DNA of 59,665 nt, filler included, from Sphacelaria rigidula (Eukaryota), in assembly GCA_964200075.2 (NCBI GenBank). It is 4 parts of 4 records of this genome, joined end to end, with 100 filler letters (N's around TTAATTAATTAA, not from the genome) between each part and the next. Parts side by side here need not be neighbours in the genome. Positions count along the whole stretch, not along the records: positions 29,891 to 44,728 come from CAXNAA020002022.1; positions 44,829 to 59,665 come from CAXNAA020002023.1; 2 more parts are not named here. One strand, written 5' to 3'. The notes beneath the pieces were generated by a model. That model was not told the DNA's origin. It did not search any database and was given only the letters and a program-made list of their open reading frames with translations. Of this stretch, positions 38,091 through 49,757 are shown in pieces (positions within the stretch are counted from its first letter, which is position 1; every line of letters begins with the position of its first letter). Both the position numbers and the translations under genes were made by a program.

Positions 38091-41000
38091 TCCCCCGAAT
38101 GGGCCATGAAAATCCACTGATGAGCTCGAGAAGTTGATGTCCCCGGTCAGGTCTGTCAGCTGTGCCATGATGCTCCACTGCTATGGAGAATATTTTGCAG
38201 AGAGGACACATTCTACGGTAGCCCCCCCCTGGAACCAGCCCAAAAGTGTCACGAAAAAAGTGGTTATACAGCGCCTGATGTTTGAGTTAAGGCTGCATGA
38301 AGCGTCTCGTATGGACGACATCGCCGAGAACGAACTCAAGCATGGGAATTCCCAGCAGCTCGTCGTGCTTGACTTTTTCCATTTCGATTTACGTTAAGAT
38401 TTTGTCTGCCCAAACCAGGCACATTATTAGGGAGGGCTATCGTAAAAAGTGTAAGAGGAATAAGCACCACTTTTTTTCTGTGTGCCTATGACTGACAGTC
38501 AAATGGTAGAATTCACTTTTCACTCCCAGGTGGCCAATACTGGGCGACTTGTAGGGCATTTAACCCTTTTGAAACCGTTGATGGGAAATTGACGATTTAC
38601 ATTCGACGTTTTTTCGGGCAAGAAATGGTTGTTTTTTTACAGCCGTTGAGCAAACGATTCGCCAAAAGCGTGTTTTTTCAGACCCGTGCGAATGGAATGT
38701 GAAAGAAAAGAAGGTTCGAAGGTCCTCTATTTTACGGGTATGACGAATTGTTCGCCCCGTCGGTGTTTTCTAACCCCGGCCAGAGTGCACGGCTGACCTT
38801 TCGTGAAGCAATCTTCACGCCGCACCTGCAGTAGATGCTTTGTATCGCATCATAGCAAGCCTGCGCCTAAGTTGCAATAAAAAAGGCGACACCGACGGCA
38901 CATTTACCTCACTTGTACCCCCGCCTTCTGTCTGTATTCGCAGATAGTCACCGTCAGGCCCTGTGGGGATGTATTCACCTACTCCTCTGTACTGCTTGTG
39001 ACCATGATATTTTCAGCTTATGTCAAGGGTAAACTCACGTCATGCACGCTACTGTACTCTGTCGTACTCGTTTATACTGCACCATACTGTGGTTTGATCA
39101 TTCCATAACGGCGACGAGGATGTCATGTACCCCGCCCTAATACATACTCCTGGTGCAGCGTAGGCGGGGGTCATTACTTTGGCATATCCGATACAGGCTG
39201 TCATTTTGTAGGCTGTGATCTTACGGCACATACCATCCTGCGCTTTGTGCTGCACGTTTCCACGACACCACCTCTAAACTGCGGGTTGGTCATGCCTGAA
39301 CGTTGCACAGCCGTACTTTGTGCTGCGTGAGGTGTATTACTCCGGCTGCGCTGTCGCGTTTGGACCGTCTGTCCTCGTGGGCGGCGTTGGGGTTTCATGC
39401 AATGATATTGCATACCTTCTGTCTTCTGGCATGGAAGACCGTAACACCGTTATTCAGTTATACTGGACTGTAGTGAAATGTAGTTGCTTGCTGTAGTTGT
39501 AGTGAGTTAGGCTGGTTGCGAAAGGCTGTCCCGGCCGGTTGTCGACCGTTTGCTAGTATATCGCCTGTCTAGACGCTTGCAATCACGTCCGCCTGATGTC
39601 TCCTACATAATCCTCTGTGCCTCGCAGCGTTTTGACTTGCCGCGGTTACTGTGTTGACGTTTGGTAAGCGAGCGGGGGGGGCGGTGTGCGCCGGGGGGCA
39701 ATGGGCTGCCCCAACCGCTCTTGCAGCTTTTTCAGCGAAACGCCAGGCAGCGTCCTGGCCGTGCCTCTATGCCACATCTTCCAGCTGAACGTGAATTTTT
39801 TATGGGTCGCTCTTGAGCGCTTTCACATGCGGCGACGCGATTTCCACGTGCTCCACCATATCACTGTCGCCGGCCGTATAGTGTGGCTTCCCACGCTCGC
39901 CAACTGTTGGTGATTCAGCCCACCAAAACGATGCGTTAATCTAATTTCAAGTATACTAGTGCACCACTCTAAGTTCAAGTATACTAATGTGACGTATTCG
40001 TATTTCACAGATTCTACTGAATAAAATCACATATATAGGAGTTTGTACTATTTTGCGAGAGTTTTGTCCATGCACACAATTGGACACACTTCGCCCGTCG
40101 CGTGATATCATTGGACGAATCCAACCCGATCGCTCCGGGGTTTCATTTTCGGTATATCCATGGCGTGTGCGTCTGGAGTCTTCTTTGGTCATCCACAGTA
40201 AAAATGGTCGCCGTCGATCGTTTCTATTTCCATCTTTCCTTCTTTGTCAGGGCTTCTCATAATGAGGCGTCTGACCCGGGGACGGGAGGGGAGGATTCCA
40301 AAAGGGTTGATGGATCATGCCACCAATCAGAACTATCAAAATGGTCACCCCATCACTCTTCCGGGCTATTGCCAGACCTAGATTTTTTCTTGATACACGC
40401 ATGGCTGATCTGGGATCTATTCGCTCACGATCGGGGAGTTTGCACGCCCCCCAGTCAAAATCCTTAAACTCCTGAATTGTCTGCCGGCGAAACGGTGCTG
40501 GAGATCAAGGGGTTAAATTTACGGTTGGTGAAAAGTTAGATTTCCTCACCCTCGGGAAATACCAGAATTTTCTGAAGTCACCAAGATCATTTACAACACT
40601 TGTGCGCAGTTTTTTGTGGCACCGGCGATCCAAAATCAATATCAATGACACCGGTGGAAGGACAAAATAAATGCAGAGGCTGCGGAGTTGTCTCCTTGGT
40701 TGCAATGTCCGGTACCATCGGTCATTTGCTGATGGCGCCACATTGTCAAATGTTGTGTCCGCAGACTGTAGTTTCCCATGCAAACCTGCTGCTGTTATTA
40801 CTTGGTGTGTACTATTCATCTCAAGCTCCCCACGTACAATCAGCGTTATGCTACACGCACAACGCTGAACGCTGAATGCGCAAACGATACTTCTTGGCTG
40901 GACTCTTCTTGTGGCCTAGCACTACTGTTCTTGTCTCAGAATTGTCCGACGATTTGACTTTAAGTTGCTGGTATTCACCCTGCCGATTGCTTGCGTCTGG

Positions 41001-42377
41001 TTGACCAAAGGTAACACCATTTACACGCACATTTCACAGTATATTTTCACCATTGAAACCCAGCTAGACACTGGGTATAGGGGGTTCTGTCATATCATTC
41101 CGATGAGTTTCGTCGCCGTTGCTAACCCCACGCTGCATTTCCTTTTTTGCTAATTCTCTGTAGAGAGAAATGAGACCAGAACGTATCGTGCGACCCTTTC
41201 AAAATTGGAATCGCGCCCGATTTCGAAAGAAGTGTGAAGAACCGCACCTTATGGAACAAAATCAATGACCATTTGGGACACAAGTGATCCCAACAATTTT
41301 CAACTCCAGTAAGCAGGTGGGGCTATGATCAAAAATGGGCCCCCCATTTTGAACCCTTGACCGAAATTGAAGAGCTGTTCAGCTGTTCTAAATCGGGTAA
41401 ATAACCAAAGTAAGGGACACGTCATGTATTACTTTACTGCGGCATGAACAATCTCACGCCCTATCTCATGTGCTGTAGCTGTCACTGTACTGCGGTATGT
41501 TCAGACCTTGCGGAGGCGGTTTGTTCTCCGTCAGAATTGCCTGAGCTGTTGTGATGTTGTCTCCCATCTGTACAAAATAGTTGTGGTCGATACGTAGCGC
41601 TGTCTTGCCAAAGTTGGGTATTTCATTCTGTGTTTGTTAGATGGGGTTGTGTATTACGCAACTCACAAGGCGCGTTGTGCCCAGACCCATCCTTCCTGTA
41701 CTGCAGCTGACACTGTAGTGTGGTGCGTTTGAACCCTGCCAGGGCGGTTTGATCTGCGCTGGAGGTTGCCCGAACTCCCATTCTGTTGTTTTGTCCCGGT
41801 CGCTACGAAATTATATTCGGCACGCAGTCCATTCTACACTGTCAAAATTTTCATGGTGCGTGGGCTGCTGCGTCTTCTGTAAAACGAACGAGCCGCTTCC
41901 TGCCCCTATCCATCATTTCTATGCTGCAGTTGTCGCTGTGCTGTGGTACGTTTGAATCGAGGACAGCTCGGTCTCCGGTGGGCATTGCTTGAGCTTCTTT
42001 ACTACTGCTGTGTTCCGGTCTGTACAGCGTTACGGCGGGAACTCAGTACTGCTGTTCATCTGCACATAGTACAAAAATACGTCACGTTATGACTGTGCAG
42101 CCGTTGTGCGTCCTGTATTGTTGTCCAGGTGCAATAGTCCTCATCTCCGATTTTGTGCCGTAAACCATGTTTGAATGGCCCGAAGGGCTGCCAGGCTTGT
42201 AGTGAGTATCTCGTGTTCCTGGGCGTCCTGAAGGCTGCAAATGCTGTAGGTGCCAGCCAGGTGATCCGTGATTGCGTTGTGTCTAATGTAGGATCCACAG
42301 CGGGTGAGTTTGAAGCTTGAAGTGCGGAGCGCAAGATGGAACATCCCATTTCTCACCTGTCCGTATTTTTTTTATGC

Positions 42378-42810
42378 TAGATCTGCGTCAGATTCCGTCT
42401 GAAAATACAATGTCGATTTTCGCGTGCAGCAGGAGAAGATAGCTGCGTAAAAGACACGAGGGCTCACGAAATCACCTCGCCTACACTGAGATGCATCACG
42501 TACCCCGAGGTTCGCACTGTGAGCTGAGATAAGCTTTTGGGAATCGGTTGATCAATAGGTGACCCATCGGTATGAAACTGACTGTAGTACGATCGATCTT
42601 CACCTAGGATCTGCGGTAGGTTCCGCGTTTCTCCTGTTGCCTGTCGTCTGAAGACGCAATAATCGATTTTCGCTTACCGCAGCTGGTGAAGAAGCATGGA
42701 GAAGTGCTTAGGAAATCGTCCCGCCTTCACAGAGATGCGTCGAGTGGCACGAGATTCGCACTGTGAGCTGACATCAGCTTCTGAGAGTCAATCAATCAAG
42801 GGGTGACTGA
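42378..42810. repeat. Diverged tandem duplication, period about 230 bp
   Basis: Shared blocks GATCTGCG, CGTCTGAA, TCGATTTTCGC, GAGATGC, TTCGCACTGTGAGCTGA in 42378-42565 and 42605-42810. Confidence 0.6.
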
Positions 42811-43924
42811 TGTCAACAAGACGACACACCGTCGTTTCTATTTTCAGATACGGACCCAATCTCCTATCGAAGCTTGGAAACAAGAGGGAGAAAGCCTGTT
42901 TGCGCGTTTGCGTGTGACAATTGATTGACGGCTTCATGTAAAATGCAGCACTTGACTGAATAGCACACTCTCGAGTCGCATCGTTCTTCTCATAAAATAT
43001 GTTGTGCTTGTGGTCCCCCTACCCTCTCCATCCGCACTCGCACAAATGTGTGCTTGTTATGCATAGCGACGGAGGGCTCAAGACAAGGACCACGCGGAGG
43101 AATCTGCTGCCCGATCAATTGCGGAGAGCGCTGCCAAGGAAGCTAGCGAACGCGCAGTCCAGGCGGAGCGGAAGCTGGAGAGTTATATATTGAGTCACAA
43201 GGTATCACACGTTTGGCTTTGGATCGCCTCATCATTTTGAACAGTTTCTGTGGCCTATGATTACTTCAGTTGTCACCGCCCTCTGGTGAATGTTTTCCAG
43301 ATCAGCGTACGGTTGTCGCAGCGGTAGTTGCAGCAACGATGCGCAGCAAGACTTGTGGCGAACACATCGCGTTTTTCCCTGGGCAATATACGCCAGCAAT
43401 GTGCTTATACTCGCGGGAGAAATCGAACCCTTTGAACATTGAGATCATATATGTTAAGGGGCATTTGGTGTTGAGGCACACGCCGTTTGTGATGCGTGTG
43501 GTTAGCCGCATCTCGAAGGGAGAATCGTGGTGGGAAACACAGCGGAGACGTTGGATATTCGGACCTGCGTTGTTACCCTTGGGGATGTGAAGGTTGCACC
43601 CCCAGGTGGTGATGCCTCCACACGGATCAAACGGGTGGGTGCGAGCTTCGCTCGTTGGAAGCATTTTCACGGCAACGCGCGTTTCCTTCACGACTCTTCC
43701 TGGCGCTTTGATGTAGATGTTCGATCAAACTTGAAAAATATCGAACATGGCTTGAAGATAACTCATATTCAATATGTTACCACTGTACTCATGTACCGCG
43801 GTCGACGTCAGGCGCTGTCATCTCGGGACGGTAAATCTACCTTCCGAAAATTGCGTTTCTTATGACGCTCTATGATTAGTCGCTGGGATACCCTTCGCCC
43901 CCCCCGCCCTCCCCCACTCCCCTC

Positions 43925-44672
43925 TGACAAAGAATTATAAAAAGAAATCAACGCGTGGGCAGAGACAAATGTAGAGACGTCGAAACGGAAGGATAGAGGC
44001 TCGAAAATTTACAATTGCAGAGAGAGTTTACTAGAGATGAAGTAAAGGAGTGCGTAGCTAAACTCAAGAACAGAAAGGCAGCAGGGGCAGACGGAATAGT
44101 AAATTAATGTATCTGGGGGAAAAGGAATGATTACCATGATGGTCGTGCTGTACAACTGGATCTGGGAAAACGAGTACACACCCAAGAGGTGGAGAGAAGG
44201 AGTAGTCGTCCATCTTTTCAAAAAAGGAGACAAAAGGAGACAAGGCTGACCCAGGAAACTACAGAGGGATAACGCTACTGAGCACGGTAGGGAAAACATT
44301 ATGTAAGATTCTGAACGATAAGAGCAGGAACGATGCGAGAAAAGGAAGACAAAATCAGCGAGGGACAAGCAGGATTTAGACCAAACCGTAGTTGCGTAGA
44401 CCATGTGTACACACCGGGCTGACAAGTAAGATTATTCAAGGTAGGAAAGACACCGGGCTGACATCGTACTGTTTCTTTCTAGACGTGCAAAAGGCTCATG
44501 ATGCAGTATGGAGAAATGGGTTGTGGAAAAAGTTGTGGGAAGCTGGGATTGGAGGAAAGATGTGGAGAATGGTAAAGAAGATGACAGAATGTGCCAAAAG
44601 TGTCATGATGCCAGACGGGGAAATATCGAAATCTTTGGATATCTTACAAGGAGTTGCACAAGGATGTACGCT
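43925..44672 (+). mobile_element. LINE reverse transcriptase fragment, same family as 34819-36446
   Basis: EVKECVAKLKNRKAAGADGI, LFKKGDK, DPGNYRGITLLSTVGK, EGQAGFRPNRSCVDH, FFLDVQKAHDAVWRNGLW, QGVAQGCTL, with frameshifts. Confidence 0.92.
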
Positions 44673-44728
44673 ATATAGCCTCTGCCAGACGATCTGGACA
44701 AGAGGGCTATTCAGTGAGGGACTTCTCC

Positions 44729-44828
44729 NNNNNNNNNNNNNNNNNNNNNNNNNNNNNNNNNNNNNNNNNNNNTTAATTAATTAANNNNNNNNNNNNNNNN
44801 NNNNNNNNNNNNNNNNNNNNNNNNNNNN
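44729..44828. other. Artificial contig linker N44-TTAATTAATTAA-N44
   Basis: Same 100-nt structure as the other two linkers. Confidence 0.98.
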
Positions 44829-45285
44829 GGACACAATCCCGGGGAGCGGTTGATTCTCATTTCAAAATACCTTCTCATTTTTCTGGCAACCCTGTTATCT
44901 CTCCTCGAGATCTACCAACTATTGGGGCTAAATATTTCGACTTCCGCTCCCGAGGGGCCAGGGTGCCACTATCAGAAGACAACCAGCATTCGCATTCAAT
45001 TCTCGCGTCGTGCTAACCCGCAATTCCTAGTCGCCTCCTGGCCTAGGAACTGCCCAACGCCACGACTGGTTCCGGTCTCTGGTCACGTGCCCATCTGTGT
45101 TTGGTCGCGTGGTATGCGGGGAGGCGTTTGAATCTTGTATTCGGGATGCGGTGTTGTTCAACCAAAGATGACCGTGAGATCGGGCTGCTGTACACGACAA
45201 GTGAGTTTCAAGGGAAATACAAACCACGAACCAAACTGTTCAAGCTTCGAGCAGCGCCACCAAAAACCCAATTGACTCACCGGCT

Positions 45286-46040
45286 TCACAGCTACCCCAC
45301 AATCATCCGAAATATCCCTTTAATCCCCATTTCCAACCCCTCGTGCAGCACCCACGCCGACACACGAGCCCAGTCGTCGCTGGCGTTCCCCACCCACCCC
45401 TCCAGTTGCTGCGCCTTCCCCTTGCGATGACGCGCAATGCACAATACCAGAAGAGCCCGGCGACGCCACCTCTTGTCGACTCTGTTGGCCGGAACGTTAG
45501 CCAGGAGCTCGCGTGCGCGTCTGGCAAGGTCTACGTCCTCTTGTATTTGTTTGGTGTAAGAATGTAAATTTGGATGTAGTACCTCCATCCAATCTCTGCA
45601 TGACTGTCTTGCCTTCATTGTCAACCACGGTCTCGTCTGCGCCTGAATTCAACAAGAACTCCACTATCTCGACGATGTCCATATTAACAGCATGGATCAT
45701 GTCGGGCATTGTGCAAAGGCGTGCGGCCGTCCTTATCCTGTGTATTGAGGTCTGCACCGTGGTTCACGAGGGCGCAGATTTCGTCCAACTCGTGAGTACA
45801 ATTGAGAGGCGTGCTGCCTCCTACCTCCCGAGCTTCGATGTTGGCCCCAGCCTCGATGAGTAGATCCACCGTGGTCTTGTCCGACGTCCAATGAAGCGGT
45901 GTGAACCCTGACCAGACAGCACCATTGACGTCCACCCCGAGCTCGATCATCGTTCTTACACCACCCAGACTGAGCGGAGAATGGTGCCACCGGTCTCGAA
46001 GAGTTATGTCGGCCTCACCTTCCATGAGGATTCGCATCAA
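45286..46040 (-). pseudogene. Intronless ankyrin-repeat protein pseudogene
   Basis: SGFTPLHW, LLIEAGANIEAREVGGSTPL, LVNHGADLNTQDKDGRTPLH, VEFLLNSGADETVVDNEGKT; C-terminal RELLANVPANRVDKRWRRRALLVLC...GIFRMIVG*L*; two frameshifts and a premature TAG. Confidence 0.85.
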
Positions 46041-46564
46041 ACCACACCAAATCGTGTTTCAGTCACGCGTTGTGTTCCGACATCCCAACCAAAAATAATT
46101 TAGTGACGCCAAACGGTGTAGACGTGACAACAACGTGTGGCCAAAGAACCAACCTCATCGTGCGAACGCATCAAATGTACCACGGCATGACCCTTCCGCC
46201 CCCCGCCCCCGAAAAAAAACGTACTGCGCAACAACACCTATCCAAATATTTCCCTGAGGCTGCAAACACCGCCTTCTACACACCGGTTGGAGCTCCCTCG
46301 AAAATAATTAACTCGCGCCGTGCTACAACAGTGTTTATCGTGGCCGACTTTTGCCCCGCTGTTCCGTGAGCCTCCAGTGTCACGCGAGCTACCTGCTATA
46401 CTACACGAGTGGGTGGATGGTTGTTGAAATAAACAATTTGACGAATGGCCCTGAAACGTTACCCAAACGGATCGGTGTTTTGAGGTTTCAATTCCCGTGA
46501 AAGCGAAACACCATCAGGGCTATATTTGTGCGTCTTGTATCGCCACTAAAACCGACACCACTCA

Positions 46565-46885
46565 CCAGGGATTTACAGATACCTCCTCCAATCTCAGCAC
46601 CCTCCGCGCGAAACCGATCCGTCGCCACCGATTCCGCTCATCCACCACCACGCCACCTCCGGGGAGCCCGCCCGCTTGGCATTGCTGCGAATCCTCCATG
46701 CCACGCCGGCATGCGCACTACTTCTCTCCTTTCTCAGTTGCGCCCTGCCGGCCGGGGCCTTCGCGATAGCCTACGCACGCGCTCGACATCCTTCACGTAG
46801 CTGCACCTAGCGCTGTTTTGCCATCCTTATCCACGGTCGTCGCGTCCACATCTAACTTCAGCACATGGCCCACCACATGCACGGG
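46565..46885 (-). pseudogene. Second, more decayed remnant of the same ankyrin family
   Basis: HVLKLDVDATTVDKDGKTA, KDVERVRRL, KAPAGRA, RRVLRLEEV parallel the C-terminal half of 45286-45680. Confidence 0.6.
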
Positions 46886-49757
46886 TCGTTGTGACTCGAA
46901 TTTTACCGCTGTCTTGGGTGATGTCAACCGAAGGTCCACCGCTCCCGCGGCTGTGTACCGGCGTTTGATGTTGTTGTCTTAGGCGGATGTAGAAGAGAAC
47001 CACCACATGCGCGGCCCATTGTGATCCAGGAGGAACCGTTACGTGCTGCCGCTAGTCGCAACGGCGTGTTTTTGTCATTTTTCACGAGGGTGGCCACTGC
47101 GTCAAGATCGATTCCGGACGTCGGGTGGGTCGAATGTGCCTCCTCGGTGGGGCTCGTCGCCGGTGTAGTTCTTCCTTTAATGTTTGAGGTGAAGCAACGC
47201 GAAACCAGCGAGGAGGGACAAAAGAGAGCTCGTCAGTTTCCCTACACAGCGACTAATGGGTAACAAACCCACAACAGATGTCGTAGCAGAGAGAGAGGTA
47301 AGAGGGAGAGAGGGGGGACGCCACACACACGTCACCTCACAGGAGTAGTACAAAACTACGTAGTCCAGCGAGCAGAGAGAGAGAGAGAGAGAAGACGGAC
47401 AGAATCAAGGCCACTCACACACGTCAGTCCCCACACAGCAGCAAATGGGTAACCATCCACAATAGATGCCCGTCACCTCACAGCAGGAGTACAAAGCAAA
47501 ACTACTTGGGCCAGTGAGCAGAGCGGCAGAGAGAAGAAAACAAGCACACGCAGCCCAACCCTTAGGCCAGAGAGCAGAGAGCGCGACAGAATGGGAGAGA
47601 GGAGAGTGTGTAACTGGTTCTCCCGAGTAGGAACAAAAAGATTGCACCGCATGGGCGCGTGTCCCTTTCTATCTATCTATCTCTTTGCGACAACAGTGCC
47701 TCCTTTCCCCGCCCCTTCGCCACTCGCGTCTCGTGTAGCACACATCGACAGCGACAGCACGATACGACGCAAACCACAGCTGTGTTCTACTGTGGTCTAC
47801 TGCTATCGTGTGTAGCTGAAGGTGTGTGCGTGCGCTCTATTTTGTGGTGGGTGGTAGTGGTGGTGTAGGACGACGGAGAGGAAGTAAACGCGGCACGAAG
47901 CACTGCAAGTTCAAGATTGTGAGCAGCACCGACACTCTCCAAACAATGTGGTCGTGGGTTCTCTTTCACTGGATGTGTTTGCACAGACTGTAGCCCCGTC
48001 TCTCTTTTTTTCTGCACACACCTTTTCCCCCCCGCTTCCATTCCGTTGCCATACACGCCGTTCCTGCCCGCACCTCCGCTCCCCCCGCTCTTTCGCGGCG
48101 GACACTTCAATCGCCTGCAGATACTAATACTTCTTGCTCTCTTTGACGGAAAACGAAAGATCTAGCGTTCTGATTTGTGTCAGGGAACACTCACGTGTGT
48201 GTGTCGTTGACAAGTAATGATCATTTGTGGTTCGTTGACCAGGGCTGTTGATGTTGACCAAGATCGCAGGCCCCACCACCTCGTTTTGCTGGTTGCCCGA
48301 GCGTGTGATGCACAGGATTTGTCTGGGTAAGGGCTCTTGTGGCAAAAAATCCACCTCGTCTTCCACACAGCTGTTCTCGTCCACCTTATTTCGTTTTGCT
48401 GTCCTTTTTGATGGCCAACGGGCAACCAACGCCTGCCCATCTTCCCCACAAACGAGTGCAGCAGTTCTCTCACGATGTTGTTCTGATTCCACCGGTAGAG
48501 CTGTTGTTTTGTTTTTACAATCTTGTCCGTGTCACGGATGGTATAGCAAGCAAGGCGTACCCACCTTTGCCGACATGGCATCGTTTCGTCGTGCTTTTTT
48601 GTTCCTGGTTTTGAACCAATCATCCCTTTTGACAATGGGCCTCCTTTCTGAACAGGCACCTTTGTGTTTTGTCTTGTGTCCAACTCACGTGTCGTGGAAA
48701 CAAGTTGATGTCGTGAAGCTTCCTTTCCCCTTGTTGACCACAAGACTGTTCCACCTGCGATGATGAATTATCTACCAGCACAACCTTGGTTGTCCCAAAT
48801 TTGAAATGTGTGCATCACTGGTGTTGTTTTGCAAAGGTATTCCCGCGGGCATTGTCGCGACCGAAACAATTTTTTGGCACGGCTTTGACCCGAGTGGTGA
48901 ATCGCTTTAACTGATGCCCTATTTCCCACCTTTTCCCACGCCCTCGCTCTCTCTCTCGATCACACACCGTCCTCTCCACCACCTCGTCAGCAGTGCCACT
49001 TTTCGGGCGGCTGGATCTCGCGGCTGGGTCCACTTGCTGCTGAGGAGAGCGAGGGCCGTTTTTGTTGTTGTTGCGGACAGGAGATTCTTTGGCGTGGAAG
49101 GTGAGGTACTTGGCGAAATGTTCGTCGCGCGTGTTTCAGATTTCGTCGTGGCGCATCGCTCTACGTGCGTTACCTTTTCCCACCTTCACCTGCGCTCCTG
49201 TTGTCTGCATAACATTTCCGCTCCAGATGAACGCGTTGCCTTTGATCGCAAGGTTCTACAATAGGAATCCATTCCAAATTGTGTTTGAAAGAAAGCGTAT
49301 ATTGGATTGAAGAGACGGGCAGAACGAGTTATAGGCAACGCCGCCCTTTCACCACGCTGCCGCGGTCGCTTAGAACAAACTGGGCAGGCGTGGAACGAAT
49401 TAAGCATTGTACGACCACACCTTGCACTGCTGCTAATGATGGTGCGTTGCTCATGTCCGCATCTACAACACAATTTTTCTACTCGCCCTCCTGCCGCTTG
49501 CTACTGCTGTTGCCGTGACTACAGCTGCTGTACCGCGTAGATAGAAAACACAGCGCTCAGTAGCGTAGCTGTATCTCATCAGCAGCACAGTCGGGTAACC
49601 CCACACACCGTCGCAACTCTCGGTGTGTTGCATGCGAGCTACTTTGCACGAGCGAGCCTCACGTTACCTACACTGTCTCTCACCGTCATTTCATGCTCAT
49701 TCTCAATACTGTCGCTACGCCTCTACACGGCCACACCTTTCCACTACTTTTCTGCAG

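Larger units (their letters stand above)
32055..43590 (+). pseudogene. N-terminal TM, charged coiled-coil and winged-helix-like protein resembling DDRGK1/UFBP1; last exon disrupted
   Basis: Phase-0 exons 32055-32189 (ILIVSSLGLLCVGAAVLWVI), 32860-33114 (AAKAARKEAKKRAKEDFRRSQE), 43067-43201 (…ERKLESYILSHK). From 43444 IIYVK/frameshift/AFGVEAHAVCDACG*PHLEGRIV. The DDRGK motif itself is not seen. Confidence 0.45.

Noticed and set aside
48124-48763. Overlapping 120-190 aa ORFs on both strands
   Set aside because: No motif, paralogue or clear splice structure to pick a real frame.
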